Assembly: GCA_028707495.1 (NCBI GenBank)
Contig: JAQWAS010000004.1
Coordinates: forward strand, 3,157-67,156
From: Patescibacteria group bacterium
GTDB taxonomy: Bacteria > Patescibacteriota > Patescibacteriia > UBA2591 > JAQWAS01
Length of the DNA: 64,000 bases
Reading direction: 5' to 3'
Program-made: the position numbers and the translations under genes
Notes under the pieces: model-generated
Told to the model about the DNA's origin: nothing
Database searches by the model: none
What the model saw: only the letters and a program-made list of their open reading frames with translations
In this document: piece by piece, positions 18,430 through 28,453 of the stretch
Position numbering within the stretch: position 1 is the stretch's first letter
How the letters are laid out: each line of letters opens with the position of its first letter

Positions 18430-19533
18430 TTATAAATTGTTTTCTTTTATCGCTCGTCTAATCCTCTCCATTAAATTTAAATAAAATTCAACATTATTCA
18501 AGGTGGCTAATCTTAAAGCCAATGGCTCTTGGATTTTAAATAAGTGATGTAAATAACTTTTTGAATATTTTCTTAAAATTTCTAGTTTTGAATCTGGATT
18601 AATTGGGCTAAAATCTTTTTTAAATTTAGCATTGCTAATGTTAATTGTTTGATAAAAACCTTTGTCTAATTTTTTATTTTTAAATTGATACAGCTTGCCG
18701 TGTCGAGCTTCGCGAGTTGGAATCACACAATCAAACATATCAATACCTTTTTTAACTGCTTCAATAATTTGTTCTGGATAACCTACACCCATCAAATAAT
18801 GTGGCTTATTTGATGGCAATTTTGGACAAACCCAATCTAAAACTTGATACATTTCCTTTTCTGATTCTCCCACTGCCAAGCCACCAACCGCATAACCATC
18901 AAAATTTAAAGCTGTAATTTCTTTGGTGCTTTTTAAACGTAAATCTTTATATACGCCCCCCTGGACTATACCAAAAAATAATTTTTTATAATCATCCCGA
19001 AGTGTAGCAATATAATTTTGCTGTTGTTTGGCCCACTTAGTTGTCCTTTCAACCGCCTTTGCAACTTTTTCACGACTAGCTGGCAAGCCCACACATTCAT
19101 CTAAAAGCATAACGATATCTACGCCCAATTTTTGTTGAATTTTTAAAGCTTTCAATGGTGTTAAAAAATACTCGCGTCCATCAATGTGTGAGTTAAATTT
19201 AATTCCTCGATCGTCAATTTTTCTTAATTTTGATAAAGAAAAAACCTGAAAACCACCCGAATCAGTTAAAATCGGTTTATGCCAATTTATAAATCGGTGC
19301 AAACCACCGGCTTTTTTAATTAAATCTTCGCCTGGTCGCAACATTAAATGATAAGTATTACTTAAAATAATCTGGGCTGGTAAATTGTGTAAATCTTCAA
19401 AAGTTAAAGTTTTAACCGTGCCCACAGTGGCAATTGGCATAAAAAACGGCGTCTGAATTTTACCGTGTTGAGTTTTTAAAATTCCAATGCGTGCTTGAGA
19501 TTTTTTTGATTTTTTTAATAATTTGAAAGACAT
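18430..19533 (-). CDS. tgt: tRNA-guanine transglycosylase
   Basis: TPFFMP, NTYHL, TDSGGFQVFSL, GIVQGG, GGLAVGE, DMFDCVIPTR. Confidence 0.97.
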   Translation of the reverse strand: MSFKLLKKSKKSQARIGILKTQHGKIQTPFFMPIATVGTVKTLTFEDLHNLPAQIILSNTYHLMLRPGEDLIKKAGGLHRFINWHKPILTDSGGFQVFSLSKLRKIDDRGIKFNSHIDGREYFLTPLKALKIQQKLGVDIVMLLDECVGLPASREKVAKAVERTTKWAKQQQNYIATLRDDYKKLFFGIVQGGVYKDLRLKSTKEITALNFDGYAVGGLAVGESEKEMYQVLDWVCPKLPSNKPHYLMGVGYPEQIIEAVKKGIDMFDCVIPTREARHGKLYQFKNKKLDKGFYQTINISNAKFKKDFSPINPDSKLEILRKYSKSYLHHLFKIQEPLALRLATLNNVEFYLNLMERIRRAIKENNL

Positions 19534-20280
19534 TTAATTTAATTTTAAATAATTTAACCAATCCGCTGAACGTTCCATGTGATATTCTAAAAATGATTTA
19601 AGAATTTTTTTAGCTTCATTAAAATATTTTTGATTAGCTGATTTAGTTAACCAAAAATCAAATGGTTGTTTTAAACATAATCTAAAAATTTGAATAACAG
19701 CCGGCGAAACTTTAATATCTTTACTCTGGCGACAATTCTCATCAACAATTCCACCCTTGTACGAACTAAAAAAAATTTGCTTTGATTTGACCCTTTGTCC
19801 ACAATACACGCAATTATAAAATTCTGGTTGCCAACCTAAAATTGAAATTAATTTTAAAATAAAGGCTAAACTCATTAAATATAATTGTTTATTCTGTGAA
19901 GAATTTAATTCATTAACTCGTTGTAAAAATGTTATTAATAAATCAAAAACTCGTTCTTCCCATTGATGTTGATTTAAAAGAGAATCTACTAATTCCATTA
20001 AACTAGCCACAAAAAAAAGTCGATGATAATCTTGTCTCAAATTTTTAAAATTATTATCCGTGATTGCTCCAGCTAAATAATCATAATTTTTACCAGGTGC
20101 AATACTAATTTCTGATAAAAAAAACGGCTCAATGTGACCGGCTAACTTACTTTTAACTTTTTTGATCCCCCGGGCTAATAAAACTTTTTTACCCGCATCT
20201 TGAGTATAAACTGTAATTAATTTATCTGCTTGACGCCAATCTGTCTGTTTTAAAACTATGGCCAAAGTGTTATAAAACAT
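19534..20280 (-). CDS. recO: DNA repair protein RecO
   Basis: AIVLK..D...DKLITVYT..GK..ARG..K.KSKLAG.IEPF OB fold; P...CVYCG zinc finger. Confidence 0.93.
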   Translation of the reverse strand: MFYNTLAIVLKQTDWRQADKLITVYTQDAGKKVLLARGIKKVKSKLAGHIEPFFLSEISIAPGKNYDYLAGAITDNNFKNLRQDYHRLFFVASLMELVDSLLNQHQWEERVFDLLITFLQRVNELNSSQNKQLYLMSLAFILKLISILGWQPEFYNCVYCGQRVKSKQIFFSSYKGGIVDENCRQSKDIKVSPAVIQIFRLCLKQPFDFWLTKSANQKYFNEAKKILKSFLEYHMERSADWLNYLKLN

Positions 20281-20289
20281 AGTTTTAAA

Positions 20290-23175
20290 TTATTTAACAA
20301 TGCCAACCCACACCTCACCCAAATCAGTTTTTAACTCTTTTTCTTGTAAACTTTTAACCTTTTCCTCAACCGATTTACCAGCAACTACGTCGGATAATAA
20401 ATCGTTTATGATTTCTTTCATCTCTAAATTGTCACTTTGATAATATAAGGTTATTGTATCTTTAATGGTCAAACCAGCATTTTTACGTAAATTATTAATT
20501 TGCCGAACCAATTCGCGCTTAACGCCCTCGCGTTTTAATTCTGGAGTTAATTGAGTATCTAATTCAACTTCTTTCTCGGCCTGAGTGTGATATTCTATAG
20601 CTTTAATATTTAATTCGTCTAATAAAATTTCTTCTAATTCTGTGGGTAATTCTTTTAAATTTGGAAATTTAACAATAATTTTAGCTAAAGGCTGGCGCAC
20701 GCCCATCCCAACACTCGCCCGTTGTTCTAAACCTAAACTAGCAATTTCTCTAACTATTTCCATTTGATCAATAATTTTATTATCAATCCAATCCTCGCAT
20801 AAGGTTGCCCATTTTTCCAAATGTACTGACTCTTGTTCACCCTTTAATTCTTGATAAATAAAATCGGATACAAACGGCATAACTGGCGCCATGAGTTTAC
20901 ATAAATTAATTAAAACATATTTTAATGTAACCAAAGCATCGTTTTTATCTTTTTGATTATCTGATTTAAACCTGTCTCGAGATCTTCTTAAATACCAAGT
21001 TGATAAATCGTTGATAAAATTTTGGATTGGGCGCGTAGCTTGATTTAAATCATAATTATTGTAGCCTTGTGTAATTTCTTTTTTCAATAATTCCATTTTA
21101 GCTAAAATCCAGCGGTCTAAAATATTGTTAATATTATTAATATCTAAATTAGCGACACTCGTATTCTCGGCATACATTTGATAAAAAGAAAATACGTTCC
21201 ACAAAATCAATAAAACTTTTTTAACTACTTCTTCTACATCTTTCGAATTAAAACATAAATCATCAGCCTTCACCACCGGTGAAGTAGCTAAATAATAACG
21301 GACTGCATCGGCCCCAAATTGATCAAAAACATCCATGGGTTCGGGATAATTTTTCAACCGTTTGGACATTTTCTTACCGTCTTCGGCTAGCACAATGCCA
21401 TTAGCAATCACATTTTTAAAAGCATGACTATTTTCTAGGGCAACTGATAAAACATTTAAATAATAAAACCAACAACGGGTTTGATCTACTCCTTCGGCAA
21501 TAAATTCCGCTGGAAAATTATTTTCAAAATTTTCCTTATTTTCAAAAGGATAATGCATCTGCGCATAAGGCATTGAACCTGATTCAAACCAACAATCCAA
21601 GACATCATCAATTCTTTTCATTTGACCATCACATTTATCACATTTAAATTCAATTTGATCGACTGTGTGTTTATGTAAATCTTTAATTTTTGCGCCAGAA
21701 ATTTTTTCTAATTCTTGAATTGAACCAAAAACTTTTTTCTCGCCACATTTATCACAAATCCAAATTGGCATAACCGAACCCCAAAATCTTTGTCTTGAAA
21801 TTGACCAATCGCGCGCACCTTCTAACCACTTGCCGAAACGTCCATCTTTAATATGCTCAGGCACCCAATGAATATTTTCTGCTTGCTTTAAAATGTCGTC
21901 TTTAATTTTAGTCACATTTACAAACCAAGACGAAGTGGCGTAATTTAATAATGGCGAATCGCATCGCCAACAATGTGGATAGGAGTGCTCAAATTCTTCA
22001 ACTTTAAAAACTAAATTTTTCTTTTCTAAATATTCAATTACTTTTTTATCAGTGCTGGTTGGATTATTTTTAGGTTTGACTTCTAAATTTTTAAAATCTT
22101 TAACTTCATTTGTAAAACGCCCATCCAAACCTACGTGCTGAATAAATGGCAAATCCTTTTCTTCACCTAACTTCATATCATCTTCGCCAAAAGCTGGTGC
22201 AATATGCACTACTCCAGTTCCGTCTTCAACGGTCACAAAATCAGCAGTTTGAATTGTGTATAAATTATCTTTGTTTTTTAAATCTTTATTTTGATAATAA
22301 TCAAACAATGGTTTATATTTTTTATTTTCTAAATCCCTGGCTTTAATTTCATCAACAATTTCATATTTTTTATTTTCAAAAATAGATTCTAAATTGGCTT
22401 TAGCTAAAATATAATTTTTATCTTCAAATTTAATTTTTACATAATTTATTTTCTCCCCAATCGCCAACGCTACATTTCCAATTAACGTCCACGGCGTAGT
22501 TGTCCAAGCTAAAACAAAAGTCGAGGCCTGTCCGCCTTGGGTGGACTCATCAATTAATTCAAATTTAGCAATAACTGAAATATCTTTTACATCTTGATAC
22601 CCCTGGGTAACTTCTGATTGTGATAAAGTTGTCTCACAACGCGGACAAATATGCATTGATTTATAACCTTGATAAATTAAATCTTTGTCCCAGAGTTGTT
22701 TAAAAACCCACCAAATACTTTCCATATAATCCAAATCCATGGTTTTATAATCATTGTCCATATCTACCCAACGCCCCATCCGCTCGATTACTTTGCGCCA
22801 CTCCTCGGCGTATAATAAAACTTTTGACTGACAAGTTTGGTTAAATTTATCAATACCTAAATCTTGAATATCTTTTTTTGATTTTAAATCTAATTCTTCT
22901 TCCACGATATTTTCAATTGGCAAGCCATGACAATCCCAACCCCATTTGCGTTCAACGTGATAGCCTTGCATAGTCCAATAGCGTGGCACCATATCTTTCA
23001 TTAAACTACCCACCAAATGTCCATAATGTGGCGTACCGGTAGCAAAAGGGGGTCCATCATAAAACACAAAGTCCCCCTGTGAACTTTTTTGATCTAGGGT
23101 TTTTTGAAAAATTTTATTTTTCTGCCAAAAATCTAAAATCTTTTTTTCAATTTCTGGAAAGCTAACTTGTGCCAT
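20290..23175 (-). CDS. ileS: Isoleucyl-tRNA synthetase, type 2 (eukaryote/archaea-like)
   Basis: DGPPFATGTPHYGH, GWDCHGLP, WTTTPWTL, WFESGSMP, KMSKR. Confidence 0.97.
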   Translation of the reverse strand: MAQVSFPEIEKKILDFWQKNKIFQKTLDQKSSQGDFVFYDGPPFATGTPHYGHLVGSLMKDMVPRYWTMQGYHVERKWGWDCHGLPIENIVEEELDLKSKKDIQDLGIDKFNQTCQSKVLLYAEEWRKVIERMGRWVDMDNDYKTMDLDYMESIWWVFKQLWDKDLIYQGYKSMHICPRCETTLSQSEVTQGYQDVKDISVIAKFELIDESTQGGQASTFVLAWTTTPWTLIGNVALAIGEKINYVKIKFEDKNYILAKANLESIFENKKYEIVDEIKARDLENKKYKPLFDYYQNKDLKNKDNLYTIQTADFVTVEDGTGVVHIAPAFGEDDMKLGEEKDLPFIQHVGLDGRFTNEVKDFKNLEVKPKNNPTSTDKKVIEYLEKKNLVFKVEEFEHSYPHCWRCDSPLLNYATSSWFVNVTKIKDDILKQAENIHWVPEHIKDGRFGKWLEGARDWSISRQRFWGSVMPIWICDKCGEKKVFGSIQELEKISGAKIKDLHKHTVDQIEFKCDKCDGQMKRIDDVLDCWFESGSMPYAQMHYPFENKENFENNFPAEFIAEGVDQTRCWFYYLNVLSVALENSHAFKNVIANGIVLAEDGKKMSKRLKNYPEPMDVFDQFGADAVRYYLATSPVVKADDLCFNSKDVEEVVKKVLLILWNVFSFYQMYAENTSVANLDINNINNILDRWILAKMELLKKEITQGYNNYDLNQATRPIQNFINDLSTWYLRRSRDRFKSDNQKDKNDALVTLKYVLINLCKLMAPVMPFVSDFIYQELKGEQESVHLEKWATLCEDWIDNKIIDQMEIVREIASLGLEQRASVGMGVRQPLAKIIVKFPNLKELPTELEEILLDELNIKAIEYHTQAEKEVELDTQLTPELKREGVKRELVRQINNLRKNAGLTIKDTITLYYQSDNLEMKEIINDLLSDVVAGKSVEEKVKSLQEKELKTDLGEVWVGIVK

Positions 23176-23291
23176 AATAATTTTAAATTATATTTTCCCA
23201 TTATAGCGGTTTTAATTCGATTTGACAAGAATTAAAGATTGAATTAAGATAAACTCAATAAACAATTACGCTCATTTCAAAAGGAGAAATA

Positions 23292-23771
23292 ATGGCAAAA
23301 GATTATCAAAAAAATGCCCATGCCTGGGTTCATTTAATTTGTTATTTCTTGCGTTGTGGGGAAAGCAAAGAAAAATGGTGGCACCCAGCTGTTGATCAGG
23401 CTATCTACCTGATGATATATAAGTTAACTCGAGAAAATCTATTTCCAGAATTTCCCGTCATGTTCTGTACACAAGAATATCCCCCCTCGTCCGATAAAAT
23501 ACGTCAATCTCTTTCTCTTCTAAAACTTACCGGATTGATAGAACAAATAACGCCCACCTATTTCACGAAATTCAAGAATCCAGATGACTATTGTCTGGAA
23601 AATTCTCGCGAATTTTTTGGAAAAGACCTTACAAAAAAAATTCTCGCAATTCTTCCAGAAATTTGGAGAGAGGTTGAAAAAGAAATCAAAAAATCAAGAC
23701 CACAGCTTAGTAGAATTTTCGACCAAACCCCTCTCGACATGGAGCAATCAGCTTCAACTCCGTCACCTTAG
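23292..23771 (+). CDS. Orphan hypothetical protein
   Basis: TTGACA promoter, AAAGGAG SD, 159-aa ORF, terminator overlapping the stop. Confidence 0.75.
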   Translation: MAKDYQKNAHAWVHLICYFLRCGESKEKWWHPAVDQAIYLMIYKLTRENLFPEFPVMFCTQEYPPSSDKIRQSLSLLKLTGLIEQITPTYFTKFKNPDDYCLENSREFFGKDLTKKILAILPEIWREVEKEIKKSRPQLSRIFDQTPLDMEQSASTPSP

Positions 23772-23790
23772 TGACGGAGCTTTTATTTTT
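23758..23790 (+). terminator. Rho-independent terminator
   Basis: ctccgtcac-ctta-gtgacggag followed by a T-rich tract. Confidence 0.75.
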
Positions 23791-23839
23791 ATACAAAAAA
23801 ACACGCTTCGAAATCAAAACGTGTCTTTTTTAAAAACTT

Positions 23840-25243
23840 TTAATCTACATTAACAATAATTTCAACTGGCTGAGTAGTTATTTCAAATCCACCGACGTCT
23901 TCGTTTTTTAAACTAGCCGTGCAAGTCGCTTGCGTGGTTAATTTAATTTGATTGTCTTTTTGTAAACTAGCCACAATTTCACCAATTTGATCTGATTTGA
24001 GTAAATTTAAATTAAAATCAATTTCAAATTGATCACCAGCTGTTAATTCTTCTAATTCTGGGAATTGAAATTTATTAAAAACTAATTGTCCATCGCGCTC
24101 AACATCTCCAATTTCTTCTAAACTTTCAACCTGTAAACTTTCCCAATCAATTAAACTTATTTCACTAATATCAACTTTCACAATTAAATCGGTTAAGTCT
24201 TGCTGGCCAGAATTATCAATCAATAATTGATAGTTTAATTTTTCGCCCAAAACGGTTGCCACTGTATCTTGCTTGTAATTAACAATTAAATTTAAATCTA
24301 GGGCTACTTGAATAATTTTTAATTGCGCATTCGTTATGGTAATAATATCAATTTCTTGAGTGTTAAAATCCTGAATACCCGTTTCTATTTCTAAAATTAC
24401 TTCCGTATCGGCCGTTTGTGTAAATTTAGCTTCTAAATTAATTTCTTGATTTGAATTTTTGCTAATTTTATCTATACTCACCACTCCATGCTCGACAGCA
24501 TAATCATCCTGCTGAATAATTTCTAAACCCTCTGTGTCTAAAAACAAAATTTTTAAATTTTCTAAATCCTGATCAGAATTGTTGGTTAATTTTAAATTTA
24601 AAGGAAAAACTTGTCCCTCAACTACCTCGTTCGGCGTTTTAATGCTCACATCTAAAATTGAAGATTCAATTTCAACTTTGAAAGAAGTGCTCTCTAAAAA
24701 ATTGGAAGAAAAATTGACCGGTTGATAATTTAAGGCAGCCATAAAATCTTTAGTCTCGCCAACATTACCAAAAATCTGACCAGTAAATTCAAACTCCTGG
24801 CTCGATTTTTCTTTTAAATTGGCTATCTGCCAAACTGCGCCACTTACCAATTGACTGGCTGGTTCCGGCTTAATTGAAGTTAATTTAAAACCCCGCGGAA
24901 AAGAAATTGATAATTCACCTTCAGCTAAGCCCACGTCGCCTTGATTTTTAATAATAACTTGATAAGTTAATTCTTCACCAGCTTTAATTTTATCCTTACT
25001 TTCTATTTGTAAAATAATTTTTTCGCTTGACCAGCCTTGACTTTTATTTTCATCTTTAAAAACAACCATCCCGGCCACAATGGCTGCCAAAATTAAAACT
25101 AAAAAAGAAAACAACGCTACCCACGCCCACAAGCGCGTAGTTTGTTTTTTAGTGGTTTTCTGCGGATTATAAAATTTACCCGTAGAATTTTTATATAAAT
25201 GATTAAAGTTATTATTTGGTTTTATTCTTTTGACGACTGACAT
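23840..25243 (-). CDS. Membrane-anchored protein with tandem Ig-like (DUF11/CARDB-like) domains
   Basis: One N-terminal TM; three GE.LTY...I.N.G..DL-type beta-sandwich starts. Confidence 0.75.
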   Translation of the reverse strand: MSVVKRIKPNNNFNHLYKNSTGKFYNPQKTTKKQTTRLWAWVALFSFLVLILAAIVAGMVVFKDENKSQGWSSEKIILQIESKDKIKAGEELTYQVIIKNQGDVGLAEGELSISFPRGFKLTSIKPEPASQLVSGAVWQIANLKEKSSQEFEFTGQIFGNVGETKDFMAALNYQPVNFSSNFLESTSFKVEIESSILDVSIKTPNEVVEGQVFPLNLKLTNNSDQDLENLKILFLDTEGLEIIQQDDYAVEHGVVSIDKISKNSNQEINLEAKFTQTADTEVILEIETGIQDFNTQEIDIITITNAQLKIIQVALDLNLIVNYKQDTVATVLGEKLNYQLLIDNSGQQDLTDLIVKVDISEISLIDWESLQVESLEEIGDVERDGQLVFNKFQFPELEELTAGDQFEIDFNLNLLKSDQIGEIVASLQKDNQIKLTTQATCTASLKNEDVGGFEITTQPVEIIVNVD

Positions 25244-26393
25244 TCTGATTTAATTTTTTATAAATTTTTAAAGTTTGTTGAGCGCACTTATCCCAACTGA
25301 ATTTTTTAACCTGAATTAACCCTTTCTTTTTTAAACTGGTAACTAATTTTTTATCTGTTAAAACTTTTTCCAAGGCATCAGCAATTTCTTTAACTTTTTG
25401 AGGATCAACTAGTAAAGCCGCCTTGCCGGCTGTTTCTGGCATAGATGATATTTTGCTGGTAATTACTGGCGTTTGTGCAGCCATGGCTTCTAAAATTGAT
25501 AAACCAAAACCTTCGCACCATGATGGCATAAGAAAAACTCGAGAGCCTAAAAATAAAGCTGGTAAGTCTGGAGTTTGAATAAAGCCTGGTGCAATTATTT
25601 TACCACGCGGAGCTAATTTAAATAGCTCATCTTTTTCTTGTTTAAAATGATTAGACCACTGACCAGCTAAAACTAATTTATAATTTTTGTATTGTTCGTT
25701 TCTGTTTCTAAAATCAGCAAAAGCCTTAATTATGTTTTCATAGTTTTTTCTTTTTTCAATTTTTCCAAGAAATAAAATATAGTCACCGGTTATTTTATAT
25801 TTTTGACAAATTTTTTGAATATCGACTTTATTTATTTTTTTAAAAAATTCTTTATCCAGGCCATGGTAAACTACTTCAATCTTTTTTGCCGGAATTTTTA
25901 ATTTTTTAACAACATCATTCCGAGTTGATTCTGAAACAGCAATAATTTTATCGGCTTGTTTTAAAATTCGCGGAAAATTTTTCTTACGTCGATTAACAAC
26001 TTCTTTGGTATATAATTTAGGAAAACAACTAAAAGCAATATCATGTACCGTCACAATTGTCTTTCCCTTGTATGTTGGTGGCAACTCGACAACTGGCGAA
26101 TGTAAAATATCTAAGTTTTCTCTTTCAAAAAAAGCATCAGTTAATTTGCTTGAATACAAAAAGGATATAAACTTTTTATACATTTGAAAAGGGAAAAATC
26201 GGATTTTAACGTTTTTCTTTTTAAATTCTTGTAGTTTTTTCTTTTCTAAATCTCGATCAAAAAATAAAACGTATTCATTTTTAGAATCATTTTTAATTAA
26301 ATGTCGTGCTAATTGATAAGTATAATGAGCAACGCCCACGGCCTTATCGCGACTGGGATTTACAATCGCCCGACAATCTATACCTATACGCAT
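25212..26393 (-). CDS. GT4 (glycosyl transferase family 1) glycosyltransferase
   Basis: MRIGID, TVHD, IIAVSEST, PS..EGFGL.ILEAMA. Confidence 0.93.
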   Translation of the reverse strand: MRIGIDCRAIVNPSRDKAVGVAHYTYQLARHLIKNDSKNEYVLFFDRDLEKKKLQEFKKKNVKIRFFPFQMYKKFISFLYSSKLTDAFFERENLDILHSPVVELPPTYKGKTIVTVHDIAFSCFPKLYTKEVVNRRKKNFPRILKQADKIIAVSESTRNDVVKKLKIPAKKIEVVYHGLDKEFFKKINKVDIQKICQKYKITGDYILFLGKIEKRKNYENIIKAFADFRNRNEQYKNYKLVLAGQWSNHFKQEKDELFKLAPRGKIIAPGFIQTPDLPALFLGSRVFLMPSWCEGFGLSILEAMAAQTPVITSKISSMPETAGKAALLVDPQKVKEIADALEKVLTDKKLVTSLKKKGLIQVKKFSWDKCAQQTLKIYKKLNQNVSRQKNKTK

Positions 26394-26648
26394 AATTTTG
26401 TTTTAAAATATTAATTTATTTATATAATGTAAATTTGTCACATCCGACTTTCATCACCCCACCAATTAGCGTAGCGATTGATTGGGGTGATCTATACCTA
26501 TACGCATAATTTTTGTTTTCTTTAAAAAATTAATTTTAAAATCTTTATATTATTATATTATACATTATTAGCAATCCACAAGCAACTTAAATTTTAAAAA
26601 AATAAAAAAGGGCGCTATTTCGCGCGCCCTTTTGGAAAAAAGAACAAA

Positions 26649-27410
26649 TCACCCCCGACTACAGCATGAGGCAGTAATTGAATAAGTTGCAAGTCCAGTA
26701 TCATTATGGCTAGTAGCTCGTAAAGAATAACTATATCCATCTACGATTATCCGCCACAAAAGATAACTACTTTCACTTATAATCAAGTCTGGTACCAGAA
26801 TGACATGTCTATCTGGAAACGCAATGCATGGCTCATGTTTCTTGTAACGAGAAGATACGGCAAACACGGAAACATTCCAGATTTTACCATTACTTATCTT
26901 TTTTAAGTAAGATAATATATTTGTGTGAGTTGCAAAAGCAACAAGTTCAGCAACCGTTAAACAACGATGATCAAGCTCCTCAACAATAACCCTTGCCTCT
27001 TCGGGCGACTTGCCTGCTGTTAGTAGCTCAACACCAACTCCGTAAATAAAATATGGTAATTCTGGAACTTGTATTTTATCTTCAACCCCATCAAACTCAA
27101 GTAAGCTTTGTTTATGCTCTTTAATCTTACCCAACATGCCTACTAAAGTCGACAATTTTAAAGAATAAGTTCCATTACGCGACTTGGGTATAACTATAGC
27201 AAAGGGAAGACGACCATCGCCTACTTCTATTGCTTTTGCTTTAGTGATAACCTCTTTTTTCTTAGTTTGAATATACGCAATAATGGACTGTGAACACCCA
27301 CGTTTTCTGAGAGTTTTTATTTGTCTGTCAAATAGCCTGGCCAATTTAAATACTTGCCACACTTTATCACCACGGAACAAAGCAACAATTCCTAAAATTA
27401 AATTTCTCAA
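26649..27410 (-). CDS. Hypothetical protein, DUF5701-like
   Basis: LFDRQI, LPF.IVIP, PYFIY.V, SPEEA, R.LTV.E.VA and C-terminal ASC resemble DUF5701 from memory; not verified by search. Confidence 0.6.
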   Translation of the reverse strand: MRNLILGIVALFRGDKVWQVFKLARLFDRQIKTLRKRGCSQSIIAYIQTKKKEVITKAKAIEVGDGRLPFAIVIPKSRNGTYSLKLSTLVGMLGKIKEHKQSLLEFDGVEDKIQVPELPYFIYGVGVELLTAGKSPEEARVIVEELDHRCLTVAELVAFATHTNILSYLKKISNGKIWNVSVFAVSSRYKKHEPCIAFPDRHVILVPDLIISESSYLLWRIIVDGYSYSLRATSHNDTGLATYSITASCCSRG

Positions 27411-27525
27411 TTGAATATCCTTTCTTTGTTAGTCATTTTTAAAAGAGCTATCTATATGTTAGCATAAATTAAATTTCTTGTCAAGATGTGTTGACAAATT
27501 ATTCAAAAAAAGTTATTATTAGAAC

Positions 27526-27978
27526 ATGGAATCAATTACCAACAAAACTATTTTTCATGATTATGAAATTCTAGAAACCTGGACCGCAGGCATTGTTTTA
27601 AGTGGACCAGAAGTCAAATCAGTCAAACAACAAAAATTAGACTTAAAGGGTAGTTATGTTAATTTAGACGCTAAACAAGAGTTGTGGTTAATTAATTGTC
27701 ATATCGCTCCCTATCCACCAGCTATTCAGGTTCAAACCAATTATCAGCCCACCCACTCGCGTAAATTATTATTAACTAAAAAAGAAATTAAAACCTTAAT
27801 CGGTAAATTACAGATTAAGGGCTTGACATTAATACCAATTAAAGTATATAATAATAAAGGTATAATCAAGATTGAAATTGGTTTAGGGCGGGGCTTAAAA
27901 AAACACGATAAACGTGAAAAAATTAAACAGAAAGAAACTGATCGCAGAATTCTTCAAGCCACGTACCGCCGTAGATAG
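27526..27978 (+). CDS. smpB: SsrA-binding protein
   Basis: AGIVLSG.EVKS, RKLLL.KKEI, GLTLIP, K.HDKRE.IK. Confidence 0.97.
   Translation: MESITNKTIFHDYEILETWTAGIVLSGPEVKSVKQQKLDLKGSYVNLDAKQELWLINCHIAPYPPAIQVQTNYQPTHSRKLLLTKKEIKTLIGKLQIKGLTLIPIKVYNNKGIIKIEIGLGRGLKKHDKREKIKQKETDRRILQATYRRR
27823..27852 (+). promoter_or_regulatory. Probable ssrA promoter embedded in the smpB coding sequence
   Basis: TTGACA (27823-27828), 18-nt spacer, TATAAT (27847-27852). Confidence 0.6.
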
Positions 27979-28009
27979 TTAAACCTTAAAAATTTAAAAA
28001 TCATATCTC

Positions 28010-28410
28010 GGGGATGTTTAAAGTTGATGAGAAAAATTAGGTAAAAAGGTCTTATCGTCTTGATTAACGACGTTAAACTAAATCATTCCAATAAATGCCA
28101 AAAACATTTTTATTAAAGTTAAGAGTACTGTAGCCAGCTTAATGGCTCCAAGTTATTCCTTAGCTGCTGTCGCCGCTTAATTAAGCTGACAGCCGTCTAA
28201 TTGTCAATTCTCACTACACAAATTAGGCGTCAACTAGTGGGATAGGAATAAAAGAAGCTTAGTCTTTTGGTCCGAAAATTTAATCTAAGCCACGGGTTAG
28301 AAATAATTTATCTAGTTTATATCTAACCTTAAATTAAACTAGGGTATATAAGTAATAACTTTTTTATTTAATCTTCTTAGACGGGGGTGCGAGACCCCCC
28401 ATCTCCACCA
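28010..28410 (+). ncRNA. ssrA: tmRNA
   Basis: GGGGATG/CATCTCC-ACCA acceptor stem with G3.U70; T arm GGGGG-TGCGAGA-CCCCC; tag ORF 28097-28180 ending LAAVAA*; directly after smpB. Confidence 0.93.
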
Positions 28411-28453
28411 GTTGACTATTTTTTTTATATAATTTATAATTAATTTTAAACTT

